Shown here piece after piece: positions 8,873 through 19,311 of a stretch of 45,450 nt of DNA; position 1 is the stretch's first letter, and every line of letters begins with the position of its first letter. The translations under genes and the position numbers were made by a program. The notes under the pieces were generated by a model that saw only the letters and a program-made list of their open reading frames with translations, made no database searches and was not told the DNA's origin. Origin of the DNA: a virus (lineage: Duplodnaviria; Caudoviricetes); the IMG/VR virus record IMGVR_UViG_3300035130_000164, positions 1-45,450 of that record. One strand, written 5' to 3'.

Positions 8873-8887
8873 GGAGTTAATAGAAAA

Positions 8888-9457
8888 TCAGGCAACGCCT
8901 GTATTCCCTTTTATACTGCTAAACTTGTTTGTTACTCTTCTCAGTATTTCATTATTTTCTGTAAATATTTCTATACTGAAAAAATCCTGATCATAGTACT
9001 CTACAGTCCCGGCAAACTCCAACAAGCTTTCCACAAAAGGCTTCTTATTTTCTGACCTGGCAAACTGCTTATTCGCACGCACCCCTATAAGTTTTATTCT
9101 TTTTATTTCCCAGTGATGTGGATATTCCCAGAAAGATTCAACCGTTACCCAGTGTTCTTTCGGTTCCCCGTCTGAAAGCAATTTTATTCCGTACGGCCAC
9201 ATTTCAGCAGCTATTACCAGGTTATCGATAACTCCCTTTTTCCGGTTACAGAGTTCTATTTGTTTCAGAAATTCAAAAGTCTCAGACACTTCATGTGCGG
9301 TTCCATCGATAATGCCTGCATCTATATCCTTATACATCTCAGCTTTCAGTAGTTCGTAATACGTAGGATTGATTGTATAGATATCTCTCGATACCGCATC
9401 AATATAGTCATATTTAACATAGTCCGGGGACCACAGATAAAGATTATTATTTCCCAT
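8888..9457 (-). CDS. hypothetical protein
   Basis: ORF with GGAGG RBS, coupled to upstream gene. Confidence 0.6.
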   Translation of the reverse strand: MGNNNLYLWSPDYVKYDYIDAVSRDIYTINPTYYELLKAEMYKDIDAGIIDGTAHEVSETFEFLKQIELCNRKKGVIDNLVIAAEMWPYGIKLLSDGEPKEHWVTVESFWEYPHHWEIKRIKLIGVRANKQFARSENKKPFVESLLEFAGTVEYYDQDFFSIEIFTENNEILRRVTNKFSSIKGNTGVA

Positions 9458-9638
9458 CCTTAACCTCCCCGGCTTCTATTTTTCCATACTCTTCCAATAT
9501 CCAGGCTGCTCTGTTATGATCATCAACAGCAATTCTTAACTGATGCTGTAGCATGGCTATTTTTTTCTGTATATCTTCAACAATAGCAGCCTTCTCTTTT
9601 TTTATCTTTTCAAGTTCCTTAACTCTTTCATCAAACAT
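9447..9638 (-). CDS. small coiled-coil protein
   Basis: AAGGAG RBS; follows tail fibre. Confidence 0.5.
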   Translation of the reverse strand: MFDERVKELEKIKKEKAAIVEDIQKKIAMLQHQLRIAVDDHNRAAWILEEYGKIEAGEVKDGK

Positions 9639-9682
9639 TTCTATAACTCCTTATATCTTATTTTCTAATTGCTCAACCCTTT

Positions 9683-9865
9683 TCATTCTTCTATAAGTTT
9701 TTCATATATAAAATCAAGGTTAATTTTAGCCTTGTTTAATTTTTCTCTTAGATTTGCTTCTGTTGTTTGCATATTACGTATACTTTCTTGTAATGTAATC
9801 AAATTACTTTCTGCTGTTGTAATATAACTTTCAAGTTCTAATTTTCTATCATCTATTATTCCCAT
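9683..9865 (-). CDS. small coiled-coil protein
   Basis: AAGGAG RBS; directly after tail fibre. Confidence 0.5.
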   Translation of the reverse strand: MGIIDDRKLELESYITTAESNLITLQESIRNMQTTEANLREKLNKAKINLDFIYEKLIEE

Positions 9866-9867
9866 AT

Positions 9868-11550
9868 TTACTCCTTTAATTTTTCTAATTGTTCAACCCT
9901 GTTGATTAGCTCTGTAACTACACCAAATAGCTGTCGAATAGCTCCCCATGAAAAACTGATTCCTGTTTTTAAAGAAATATAAGGTTTGCCATCCTCTCCA
10001 TATAAAATATTTTTTCCATCTTTTGATTTTGTTAATAACCACTCTGGCAAAGTATCGTCATCGATCATCTCTAATCCAGACCTAGGGTTAATCTCTCCAC
10101 TTCCTTTTATTGCGCAAATAGCAGCAAGATCATCAAATGTATCAAGATGATCAAAATCGGCAACGTTGTTAAAATCATCTGCATACATATCGTCCCAATA
10201 ATCAACCGGATTCCCTATGTCAAATACACCGGTTCCCTGCGTTCTTATATGAGCAATAATCTTTACACCGGCAATGTCCGCCCCTGTCATTACTATTTCG
10301 GAATCAGAATCATTATAATATATTCTACATCCATCAGAAAGATATATAGAAGTATCTCTATCAACCCCGCTCACATAGCTACCCAGTCCTATAATATCAG
10401 TCTTAATTACAAAAACATCTGTTCCCGCTATATTGAATTTTCTTTCACTTTCTGATTCATCCCACCAATCGTATGAATCGCTTGCCCAATAAAATCTGCA
10501 ATCCCTATTACTTCCCCCGGCATAACCACCGATACCTATAGAGTCGGAAGCATTGTCAATTAGAAGTTTACTTACCCAAGTTATATTGCTATCTTCCGTT
10601 CCTGATACAGCCGTATCAAATCTTATTGTCCCGTCTGTATTCATCAAGAACAGAGCTGCTTGCTCAGTAGATTTATACTTAAAATCTCCGTCATAATATG
10701 CATTATTCATAATACTAAAGTGAGTTACCGAATTACCGAAAGATATCGCAGATAACGGAAATTCTAATGCAGAATATCCAGAATGCCATGCTTCTAAATC
10801 TGTTGTATATATCCCTGTCACATTAGGTCTTATCGCAAAAGCATTAGTACCTGTTATATTTATATTCAATTCGCTTTCAGATTCATCCCAAAAATTATAT
10901 GTATCGGTTGCCCAATAAAATCTGCAATCCCTATTACTATCCCCAGCATATCCTCCAATACCTATATAATCATCATTACTATCAATTTTAAATCTGTATA
11001 CATCTGATGTACGGAAAGTAATTGCAGCACTTTCTAATGCCCTGATATTAAATCCTCCAGTTCCACGATGATTAATATAACTTGGAGCGTTTTCTCCAGT
11101 ATTATATCTAAGAATTTGTAATCCATATAATGTATATGTTGTATCACCAACTAAATTTATTGAAGATTGAATATTAGTAGAACATCCTTGTCCAATTTTT
11201 AATATCCTATTATCTGTATCTGATGTTAAAAACAAATCCCCATAAACATCTAAATCAGTTCCAGGAGATGATGTTTTTATTCCAATATTCCCACCATCTT
11301 CGATAAATAAGCCTAAATTCCCACCGTCATCTTTTAATGACAATCCATCCCCATCTATAGCCAATATATTTTCAACATTAATACCGCCATTAAAGGTTGG
11401 TGCATCAGTAAAAGTCTTAACTCCCGGAATAGTTTGAGCACCCCCTGGGGTTCCTCCGGTATCGCATAAAATCGCATTATTATATAAAGAATCATATTGT
11501 GATTTCTTTGTTGTTCCACCAATCGAAGTTGTGTTTGTAGGTATTGACAT
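9868..11550 (-). CDS. tail fibre/spike protein with internal repeats and C-terminal chaperone-like coiled coil
   Basis: QTIPGVKTFTDAPTF and GGNIGIKTSSPGTDLDVYG fibre motifs; C-terminal WGAIRQL...ELINRVEQLE resembles the end of S74-type chaperones. Confidence 0.75.
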   Translation of the reverse strand: MSIPTNTTSIGGTTKKSQYDSLYNNAILCDTGGTPGGAQTIPGVKTFTDAPTFNGGINVENILAIDGDGLSLKDDGGNLGLFIEDGGNIGIKTSSPGTDLDVYGDLFLTSDTDNRILKIGQGCSTNIQSSINLVGDTTYTLYGLQILRYNTGENAPSYINHRGTGGFNIRALESAAITFRTSDVYRFKIDSNDDYIGIGGYAGDSNRDCRFYWATDTYNFWDESESELNINITGTNAFAIRPNVTGIYTTDLEAWHSGYSALEFPLSAISFGNSVTHFSIMNNAYYDGDFKYKSTEQAALFLMNTDGTIRFDTAVSGTEDSNITWVSKLLIDNASDSIGIGGYAGGSNRDCRFYWASDSYDWWDESESERKFNIAGTDVFVIKTDIIGLGSYVSGVDRDTSIYLSDGCRIYYNDSDSEIVMTGADIAGVKIIAHIRTQGTGVFDIGNPVDYWDDMYADDFNNVADFDHLDTFDDLAAICAIKGSGEINPRSGLEMIDDDTLPEWLLTKSKDGKNILYGEDGKPYISLKTGISFSWGAIRQLFGVVTELINRVEQLEKLKE

Positions 11551-11552
11551 TA

Positions 11553-11996
11553 TTATCTCCCGTATTTATCTTCTATCCTAAAAATATCATTTTCATCATT
11601 ATGACCAAAGGCCATATCAATAATACATCCATATTCTTGAGAACCTCTATACACTGGTCTGTGAATATAATATTTCGGAATATAAACTATATCACCTTTT
11701 TTTAAATTACCTTTTTTTAAATGCTTTTCAACGAAAACCGGAATAAAATTCATATCTTCATCTATTTCTTTTGGTACAGGGATATCACTGTGCCATACCT
11801 CAAAATCATCCAGACAATAATATACCTGGTCTCTAATTCTGTGATACTGCAAACTAAGCATTTCATCTTTTCTTATATGCAATACTTTCGCTGTACACTG
11901 TGTATTCTCTGCGAACATTTTATAATGTCCCCAGGGACGATTAACTATCTTAACATCAGGGATGCCTGCTGCACCGTTTCTTAAATCTAAAATCAT
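11553..11996 (-). CDS. cupin, mannose-6-phosphate isomerase type II C-terminal-like
   Basis: RPWGHY, LSLQYH, YIPKYYIHR, ENDIFRIEDKYGR motifs. Confidence 0.8.
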   Translation of the reverse strand: MILDLRNGAAGIPDVKIVNRPWGHYKMFAENTQCTAKVLHIRKDEMLSLQYHRIRDQVYYCLDDFEVWHSDIPVPKEIDEDMNFIPVFVEKHLKKGNLKKGDIVYIPKYYIHRPVYRGSQEYGCIIDMAFGHNDENDIFRIEDKYGR

Positions 11997-12024
11997 ATTA
12001 ACTCCTTTTATTTGCCATCATGCA

Positions 12025-13941
12025 TTACCACCATTTAGATTTGTTCCAGGTTACACTATCATCTGAATCTATAAACCCATCATCATCAGTCCAATATCCC
12101 CAGTGTTGCAATGCATAATTCTTTTTTTCTTGGCTCCACGAATCATCCCATGGATCGCCGGAACCGCCACCGAGCTCAGGGGGAAAGGTAACTGTATCAT
12201 CTGTCCAATTCCCAACTTCAGATCCAATTCCTCTTAAATTATCAGTAACTATGTTTAACTGATTATTTAGAAAGTCCTTGGTAATCTCTTTTATTTCTAA
12301 TGGCACATAATCAAGCCATGCTATATTATCATTCTCAGGGATTCTTTTAATTGATATTGTCATTCTGTCACCAACATTTTTTTCAGATAATTGTAATTTG
12401 GTTTTAAACTTAACCCTGATATTTCCGTTTGTATTCAGTAATGAAACTCTATCAAGATAGATATTAACCGAATCCGCATCTGATAATAATGTCGGTATCG
12501 TCCTTGTTTTTGTTATCCCATATAATCTCTCGGTTATATTAGAACTTTTAGATTTGTATGTATATGTGTTTTTTTGATAATTCTTTTTCCACCCTGCCCT
12601 TATAGTTTTTCGAATATCGTCCTTTACTGAATCAGCACTTAATGAATTTTCTAATATATCATCTTCGTTAACATTATCCAGATCCTCATCAAGATTTGGT
12701 GTCCATATACTAATATCATAAAGTCCATCATTATTCACAAAAAAAGTCCCGAGACAACTTTTCATTATTTCAGACACAACATCTATCGCCTGCCTGAATT
12801 TATCAACACAAACACCAACCTGAAAATCATCTGCTTCTGCTTCTGCTGCCTCAACTCCTGTCTGGTTCCAAGTTGTCGATGTATATGTCTCTCCTATTAT
12901 GTCACCTATTTTTCGTGTAATTACAACAGGATTCTCAACAATACTTCCAGACACATACCCGTGATAATCTACCGTCACCAGATCCCCTGGGGTATATGTC
13001 GATGTAGGCAGTTTAAAGGTTGCTGCTGCCACATCCGCACTCTGATGACTTACATTATTTTCTTTTACCCTCACTTGGTCAATTGATACTATACTATTTA
13101 GTGATGTATCCAGAATCTTAAACGTATGTGTGCTTGTTGCTGTCCCGAGTGCCCGGGTAATACATGTTACTGCTTGATTTTTTATTATTCCCCATCCAAC
13201 AGGAATTGCTTTTCCAACATCCTCATCCGCTAAATTGGGATAGGCTGTTTGATCAAATGAATTTATAGGAATTACAGTATCCCAATTATCCTTTTTATCA
13301 ACAAACGAAATATCAAATTTATCTGTTGTGAAATTTTTCTGTTCAATTATTCCTTTGAAGGCTTTTTTATATTCAGAATAGGGCAGGTCTTCTCCTCCCC
13401 ACAATATTGTTATCGCCTTATTATTCCAGGCATATTTATTATATATGCTGTCAAAAAACCCAGTCCCATCCCCTATATCTGCATTTATCAAAGACGCACT
13501 TCCCTGTGAAGTAATAGACACACCCCAGAATAAATCTTTTTTCTGGATTATTTCAGGTATCGACAGCAAAAAGGGTTCATAATATCTATCATTAAATATT
13601 ACCCCGGACTCCCCGAAATTATTACAGATATACATTTTATAATTCGCAACAACATCATGCTGATAAGGCGTATCAGATCCGCTCATTTCCGCATATATTC
13701 TATTATTTGCAGTATCGTGAAAATACTCCCCTGCCGATACCGCAGCAAGGGAACTCACTTCAGTTAACGCCGCCCCATCCTCATAAACACTCAGTACATG
13801 TATTGATTCTATTTCGACATAATATATATTCCCTGCATGGTTTGTCCAATACAAAAGCTGTTCACTCGGCTCTATTTCCATCAATGCTATTTTAAGCGAA
13901 TTTGGATCTGCTATTAATTCTTCGTATGTCGTTATACTCAT
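12025..13941 (-). CDS. tail tip/baseplate protein
   Basis: Large acidic protein two genes after tape measure; GKAIPVGWG motif. Confidence 0.6.
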   Translation of the reverse strand: MSITTYEELIADPNSLKIALMEIEPSEQLLYWTNHAGNIYYVEIESIHVLSVYEDGAALTEVSSLAAVSAGEYFHDTANNRIYAEMSGSDTPYQHDVVANYKMYICNNFGESGVIFNDRYYEPFLLSIPEIIQKKDLFWGVSITSQGSASLINADIGDGTGFFDSIYNKYAWNNKAITILWGGEDLPYSEYKKAFKGIIEQKNFTTDKFDISFVDKKDNWDTVIPINSFDQTAYPNLADEDVGKAIPVGWGIIKNQAVTCITRALGTATSTHTFKILDTSLNSIVSIDQVRVKENNVSHQSADVAAATFKLPTSTYTPGDLVTVDYHGYVSGSIVENPVVITRKIGDIIGETYTSTTWNQTGVEAAEAEADDFQVGVCVDKFRQAIDVVSEIMKSCLGTFFVNNDGLYDISIWTPNLDEDLDNVNEDDILENSLSADSVKDDIRKTIRAGWKKNYQKNTYTYKSKSSNITERLYGITKTRTIPTLLSDADSVNIYLDRVSLLNTNGNIRVKFKTKLQLSEKNVGDRMTISIKRIPENDNIAWLDYVPLEIKEITKDFLNNQLNIVTDNLRGIGSEVGNWTDDTVTFPPELGGGSGDPWDDSWSQEKKNYALQHWGYWTDDDGFIDSDDSVTWNKSKWW

Positions 13942-15068
13942 TTCTGCTCTCTTATCATTATTGTCCCAACTTCAAGTACTGGTGTATTCTCTAATCTCTC
14001 ATATTCCGTATCATTTGTCAATACTCCATATATAGTATTACTGTTCAACGAAGTATCCAGGCTAATCCACAAAGGAGTGTGAACACCAAGATAATCAAAC
14101 ATAGCTTCAAAGGTTGTCTTTGTCGTGTTATTATAATATTTATCGAGCGGATCAATTCCTATTTCATACACGAAAACCGATGTCCGCCTATCAACCCATG
14201 TCACTCCAGAATATGCTAATTGCTGTTTTGATCTCCTCTGTATAATTTTTTTTCTAAAAGTTATATCGTTCTCATATCTGTGTTGCGGTTCAAAATAAGT
14301 TCCAGCGAAAATCCTACCAATCTCAGAATATCTTTGTGACCTGTCATACCAGTACAACTGCATACTCTTAATTAATGTAGCTGTAAACTCAATAGATATT
14401 ATGTTTGAATTATAAGTCAATGTTGAACTCAAACTAATTGCCGTTGCCACATTCCACCCACCAGAAAATACAGTAGAGGTCCCCTGGGTTCCTCTTAATC
14501 TTATAACTGTCCCGGTAGCAAAATTATGTTTATCGATTATCAATGTGTTTACGCTTTGTGTAGATGTAAAAGAAACTATTATTTCATGCTCGTTTCCTTT
14601 CGTTGCCGTCGATGTATAAGCAAATGACCCCGAATAATTAGTTGCATACTCAAATCCCATAAGCACCGCAACGGTATTATATCTATAGGTAGGATTGTTA
14701 AAGCTCATTTCAAAAATTCCAGCCGTCCCGGTTCTTCCTACATGAAATTGTTGTGTAGCAGAATTATAAGTACATGTGTGATCAGAATATATACCTATAC
14801 TATTAAGATTTGATTCAATAACAGAAGCAAGCCCTGACCCGGTATAAGTTCCAGATGCTACAGAAAATTTGTATGCTATAGTTGATGTGTTTCGGAAAGT
14901 AAATCCTCTGTTATATTCTGTAACGACAAAATCAGATTCCGTTCTCCACACTTTTGCCTTAACAGTATTCTGTATATTCGTTGCAGGCAATCCTGCAAGC
15001 TGGCTTGAATACCTCACCACAGTTCCCTGGTCAACCTGATTCAAATATTTAAAATGAATTAAACTCAT
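13938..15068 (-). CDS. distal tail/virion structural protein
   Basis: Directly after tape measure; S/T-rich; EIGRIFAGTYFEP. Confidence 0.6.
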   Translation of the reverse strand: MSLIHFKYLNQVDQGTVVRYSSQLAGLPATNIQNTVKAKVWRTESDFVVTEYNRGFTFRNTSTIAYKFSVASGTYTGSGLASVIESNLNSIGIYSDHTCTYNSATQQFHVGRTGTAGIFEMSFNNPTYRYNTVAVLMGFEYATNYSGSFAYTSTATKGNEHEIIVSFTSTQSVNTLIIDKHNFATGTVIRLRGTQGTSTVFSGGWNVATAISLSSTLTYNSNIISIEFTATLIKSMQLYWYDRSQRYSEIGRIFAGTYFEPQHRYENDITFRKKIIQRRSKQQLAYSGVTWVDRRTSVFVYEIGIDPLDKYYNNTTKTTFEAMFDYLGVHTPLWISLDTSLNSNTIYGVLTNDTEYERLENTPVLEVGTIMIREQK

Positions 15069-17626
15069 CTTGCGTTCTCACTTACTGCCCTGGGATGTAT
15101 TAATATACCTCCATCTTTACTCATCTTTTGAATATATTGCAAATCTGCACTTCCTATTATTCTTCCATCAGATGCAACTACAGTTATTACAGACGGCATA
15201 ATACTAACGGAAGGCATCCCTTTGCCACCTGCATTTATATATTCCAACACTGACCTGTTCTTTCTCGCATCATCGGCATTTACAATATACTCACCCTTTG
15301 AAACTCTTGCTGTGATTGCATCTATCCCGGGGACTCCATCTACCCAACCACCTTCCTTGAAAGTTGGTAATGCCGGTGGCTTTGTAGCAAGAACAAATCC
15401 TGTCTGTATTAATGCTAAACCTCCGATTATCCCGGCTAAAATAGGCCCAATTATTGGACCAAATGATAATGCTTTTGTTATTGCCTCTGCTGTATTCATC
15501 GCTATATTAGCAAGAGTTTCAGCCCGTTTGAAAAAAAACATTTGTCTCGCTAATTTAGCTTTCTCAAGTTCGGCTTCTTCTTCATCTTCAACATTCGCAT
15601 CGATATAGGACAACTGCATATTATAATACGCATCAAGAACACTACCCAGCGAATCCATAACAAGGTTTACAATATCTTCTATCTTATCATAAGCTTCTTT
15701 TATTTTCTTAACAATTTTGTCATATGTAGATTCGGTTTTATCTTTTATATCATCCTGCGTTTTAAAAACATGAGCTTTATATTTTTCATCTATTTTTTCA
15801 AGCTCTCCTTCCATCCATTCCTGCAACTCAACTCTTTGTATCCCGGCTTTAGAATATTCATCAGCAAGCCTGTATATGTCTTCTATCTCTTTGTCTTTAT
15901 TGCTTTTTTGATCGTCATAAAATTGCTCTCTTAATTTTGCGTTCTCTTCTATAATCTGTTCAGATTCATCTAAATATTTTTCATTGATTTCTTTTATTTG
16001 CTCTGCTACCCATGTTTCAAGCTTAACTCTGTCTGCACCTGCTTCCCTGTATTTCTCAGCAAGCTCCTCAATATCTTCGATAGCACGTTTTTTTTCGCTT
16101 TTTTGTTTCTCGGCGAATTCATCTAATATTTCTGCACGTTCTTTAGCTTCTGCACGTTCACGTTCTATTCTTTCTTTCTTCGCTTGCTCTTCTGCTTCTT
16201 TCTGTTTTTCAATTTCTTTTAATCTTTTCTTCTCTGCCTCTTCTGCCGTTTCAGAATTTTCTTTTATAGCAGCGGTTTCATCTTTTATACCATCAGTAAC
16301 TTCTTCCCTTTTTTTGTTTTCTTTATCCATCAGATCGACAACACCACCGAGCAAATCCAATTGTACTTCAGTAAGAGTAATCAACCCACCAAAAACAGGA
16401 TTCATTTTTTTAAATGTATCGAGCAACCCTCCGCTTTTTTTGTCTGTTGTTTCCGCCTCATTACCTAAACCAGCAAAAAAAGTAATTATAGTATTTAATT
16501 TACTAAAAGCCGTTCCTATTGCTTCTGCAAAATCTTTTAGAGTTTCTTTGTTATCATCTATTACCTTCGTAAGAGTCTCAAGCAATTCCTGCAATCCAGG
16601 AAGTACTTTTTCCCCGGCCTCTATTCCAACCGCCTTTACGGTTTTATTAAACCGATTCAAAGTAAAATCAAAAGTATCAGTCTGTTTATTAAAAGCATCC
16701 ATGGTGGGGGACCCATCAGCCAGGGTATCAATAAACTCCTGAGTCTCAGAAGTCATTTCTTTCGCTGCTGTAATAACTCCCAACATTCCCCGTACATTTG
16801 GAAACATTTTTGCTATAATATCAGGTGACATCCCTGCCAATTCGTTAAGCACATCAGCAAGCCCTCTTGATTGTAATGCATTTTCTCCAAATTGTGCAGC
16901 TAATTCCTCACTCGGTTTTAAAAATCCTGTTATTACAGCTCTTAACGCTGTTACTGCCTCATCTGTCTTTACTCCACGCCTGGTCATAACAGCAAGAGAT
17001 GCACCCATCTCTTCCATGCTTACCCCAGCCTGTGCAGCTATTGTCGCAACCCGACCTATTGACGGGGCCAACTCCGCAAATGTAGTTTTACCTCTCTGTA
17101 CCGTTTTAAACAGCAGGTCACTTACTGTCTCTGCTTCTGATGCTTCAAGTCCATATGCATTAATAATTGTCGTTAATGCATCCGCAGCAACCCCGGTATC
17201 TGTCAACCCTGCCCTGGCTGCTATCGCAGAAACCTCCAGAACATTCATTGCATCAGATGCATCTGTAATTCCGGCTGAAAGAATATCATACAATCCTTTA
17301 CCTAGAGTCTCTACGTCTTCACCTAACAGTTTTGACTGGTCTAAAAGCTTATCATGAAACATATCCATAGTTGGAACAACGTTATCGGTAACCATAGTTG
17401 CTACATTAGCGAGTACTTTTTCATATGCAGTAGCATCAATGATCGCCTTTGTTGTTCCTGCAACAATAGCCATAAACGCAGCAACCCCTGCGGTTTTCAA
17501 AACATTAAACGCTTTTGTCCCTGAATTAGAAAATTTCTTTGCTTCTTTATCAGCAGTCTTTAATCCACTGGTATAATTTGATTTGTCGAGTATTAATCTT
17601 GCAATTAAATTTGAAGCCAACCCCAT
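15065..17626 (-). CDS. tail tape measure protein (TP901-like core)
   Basis: Ala-rich core with GKTTFAELAPSIGRV, long charged coiled coil, C-terminal GEYIVNA; implies tail of modest length. Confidence 0.92.
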   Translation of the reverse strand: MGLASNLIARLILDKSNYTSGLKTADKEAKKFSNSGTKAFNVLKTAGVAAFMAIVAGTTKAIIDATAYEKVLANVATMVTDNVVPTMDMFHDKLLDQSKLLGEDVETLGKGLYDILSAGITDASDAMNVLEVSAIAARAGLTDTGVAADALTTIINAYGLEASEAETVSDLLFKTVQRGKTTFAELAPSIGRVATIAAQAGVSMEEMGASLAVMTRRGVKTDEAVTALRAVITGFLKPSEELAAQFGENALQSRGLADVLNELAGMSPDIIAKMFPNVRGMLGVITAAKEMTSETQEFIDTLADGSPTMDAFNKQTDTFDFTLNRFNKTVKAVGIEAGEKVLPGLQELLETLTKVIDDNKETLKDFAEAIGTAFSKLNTIITFFAGLGNEAETTDKKSGGLLDTFKKMNPVFGGLITLTEVQLDLLGGVVDLMDKENKKREEVTDGIKDETAAIKENSETAEEAEKKRLKEIEKQKEAEEQAKKERIERERAEAKERAEILDEFAEKQKSEKKRAIEDIEELAEKYREAGADRVKLETWVAEQIKEINEKYLDESEQIIEENAKLREQFYDDQKSNKDKEIEDIYRLADEYSKAGIQRVELQEWMEGELEKIDEKYKAHVFKTQDDIKDKTESTYDKIVKKIKEAYDKIEDIVNLVMDSLGSVLDAYYNMQLSYIDANVEDEEEAELEKAKLARQMFFFKRAETLANIAMNTAEAITKALSFGPIIGPILAGIIGGLALIQTGFVLATKPPALPTFKEGGWVDGVPGIDAITARVSKGEYIVNADDARKNRSVLEYINAGGKGMPSVSIMPSVITVVASDGRIIGSADLQYIQKMSKDGGILIHPRAVSENAR

Positions 17627-17868
17627 TATATAAAGCCCATCTGTGATAATTTACTCAACAGTACATTATCATCCATGCCCTTTCCATTTTTTGATAATTT
17701 CAGCCCATGAGCTTTCATTAATATTTGCTCAATTCTTTGATTGATAAAAAAAGATGTTTGCTCACTATCCCAGCAGTCCATCATGTTTCTCACCATTCTC
17801 CATGACAATTCTGATTCGATCTTATGTATCGTATATGCCGGATACACCTGCATAAATAAATGATACAC
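17626..17868 (-). CDS. tail assembly chaperone, gpT-like second ORF
   Basis: Between chaperone and tape measure; in the -1 frame relative to upstream ORF. Confidence 0.5.
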   Translation of the reverse strand: MYHLFMQVYPAYTIHKIESELSWRMVRNMMDCWDSEQTSFFINQRIEQILMKAHGLKLSKNGKGMDDNVLLSKLSQMGFI

Positions 17869-17879
17869 TTCATACTCTG

Positions 17880-18383
17880 TTAATTTTTCCCCGGGTTCTT
17901 CAGACCTTTCCTTTCCTTCTGTTTGCTCAGTTCTTTCGTCACTTCTTCCCAGAACATTTCCCGGAAAGATCCCATTGAAAAAGGGAGCATACTCTCAAGC
18001 TCATTCATTTCAACAACATTTTTGATAATCATCTTTATCATTGGAATTGTAAAATTATTTTCAACAAAAAGAACAGTAAACTTTTCAAAACCTGGATTCC
18101 CTGAAGAAAAAATTATATTAAAAATATCTGTTAATTCAGTAAAGATTAAATCTCCAAACATAACAATAAGTTTTTTCAAATCGTTTGTTTTGAAATCTAT
18201 TTCTTTACTTTTTGCACTCTCCTGAATTCTCAGCAATGATTCGTTTAGCTTCAACAACAGGGCTTTCACTTTCCCTATCGGGAGTTCGTTCATCCTGTAA
18301 TCTTTGCCTGCTATTGAAATACTCATCACTGACTCTGACAATCTCCTCATCTGATCTGTAGATTCCTTCAAATCCTTTTCCAT
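17880..18383 (-). CDS. tail assembly chaperone, gpG-like
   Basis: AAGGAGG RBS; position; ends in GGGGAAAAAT-TAA. Confidence 0.6.
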   Translation of the reverse strand: MEKDLKESTDQMRRLSESVMSISIAGKDYRMNELPIGKVKALLLKLNESLLRIQESAKSKEIDFKTNDLKKLIVMFGDLIFTELTDIFNIIFSSGNPGFEKFTVLFVENNFTIPMIKMIIKNVVEMNELESMLPFSMGSFREMFWEEVTKELSKQKERKGLKNPGKN

Positions 18384-19299
18384 TTTTTTCTACTACCTCC
18401 TTAAAATTCAACTTTGGTAATTCCGTAATTATTCCATTTGAGCAATCAAATAATTGCGGTTTATCCCATTTATACACAGCAAAAAGAGCAGATTTATATT
18501 CTATCTGCTCCTCGGTTGTTAATATCCCGTTATCAGATTTATGCAATTTCCGATCTGAATAAACCTCTGGGCCTATATCATGCCATTCACCATTTTCTTT
18601 TACCCATCTGGTACATCTTTCTTTTTCACCCGGGTATCCGAAATCAACCCCTAGTAAAAACAATGGACCATAGCCAAGATAATTTGCAAGTTGTATTTCG
18701 TTATTTGCGGTACATCCTGCATTCCCAACACCGATCATTATACAAGGAGGTGCCTGCCAAGTAAATCTCATAAAATCACCAAAGGCAAGAGGTAAAATTT
18801 CATCAAACCATTGAACCCCCTGGTGTCTCATGAGATAGTACCGTTTATCCCATTTCCAGTTTTTTAAGATTAAAGGTGAAATAGAAGGGTTGCAAAGTAG
18901 CATGGACCCGGACCAATCATAGCCAATCAGTTTAGGATACATTGTATCCCCGCCATCAAATATACAAATGTATTCCGGTTGATGTCCCCATCGAGTTGGT
19001 ATCATAGCATTCGATCCACTACAAAAGATAGCCCCTTTCCAGTCACCAAGTAAAGGAGCTACCTCATCTAAGGAAGGACCGGACCCGAGTATAACAGCAG
19101 GTCCTCTGTCCTTCGCTCTGATTGTAGATACACACATATTCATACTTTTTGATTCTTCAACAATAGTTCCAAAATTTTCAAAGGCATTCCTTACCCAGTA
19201 CGGTAACCATCCTTTCAAAATCCCTTTATTTCTTTCTTCTTGAGTCTGCTCAAGATATTCTCCTTCAAGTTGCTGATTTTCTTTAACTTCCAAATTCAT
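18205..19299 (-). CDS. Maf/DUF115 (MptE-like) family protein
   Basis: AVILGSGPSL, GHQPEYICIFD, ANYLGYGPLFLLGVDFGY motifs. Confidence 0.75.
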   Translation of the reverse strand: MNLEVKENQQLEGEYLEQTQEERNKGILKGWLPYWVRNAFENFGTIVEESKSMNMCVSTIRAKDRGPAVILGSGPSLDEVAPLLGDWKGAIFCSGSNAMIPTRWGHQPEYICIFDGGDTMYPKLIGYDWSGSMLLCNPSISPLILKNWKWDKRYYLMRHQGVQWFDEILPLAFGDFMRFTWQAPPCIMIGVGNAGCTANNEIQLANYLGYGPLFLLGVDFGYPGEKERCTRWVKENGEWHDIGPEVYSDRKLHKSDNGILTTEEQIEYKSALFAVYKWDKPQLFDCSNGIITELPKLNFKEVVEKNGKGFEGIYRSDEEIVRVSDEYFNSRQRLQDERTPDRESESPVVEAKRIIAENSGECKK

Positions 19300-19311
19300 A
19301 TAATTCCTTTC

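Noticed and set aside
15222-17357. Plus-strand ORFs antisense to the tape measure gene (and similar ones opposite TROVE, capsid, terminase and spanin genes)
   Set aside because: S/F/L-rich antisense shadows without motifs; only the 30872-31531 plus ORF has recognisable domains
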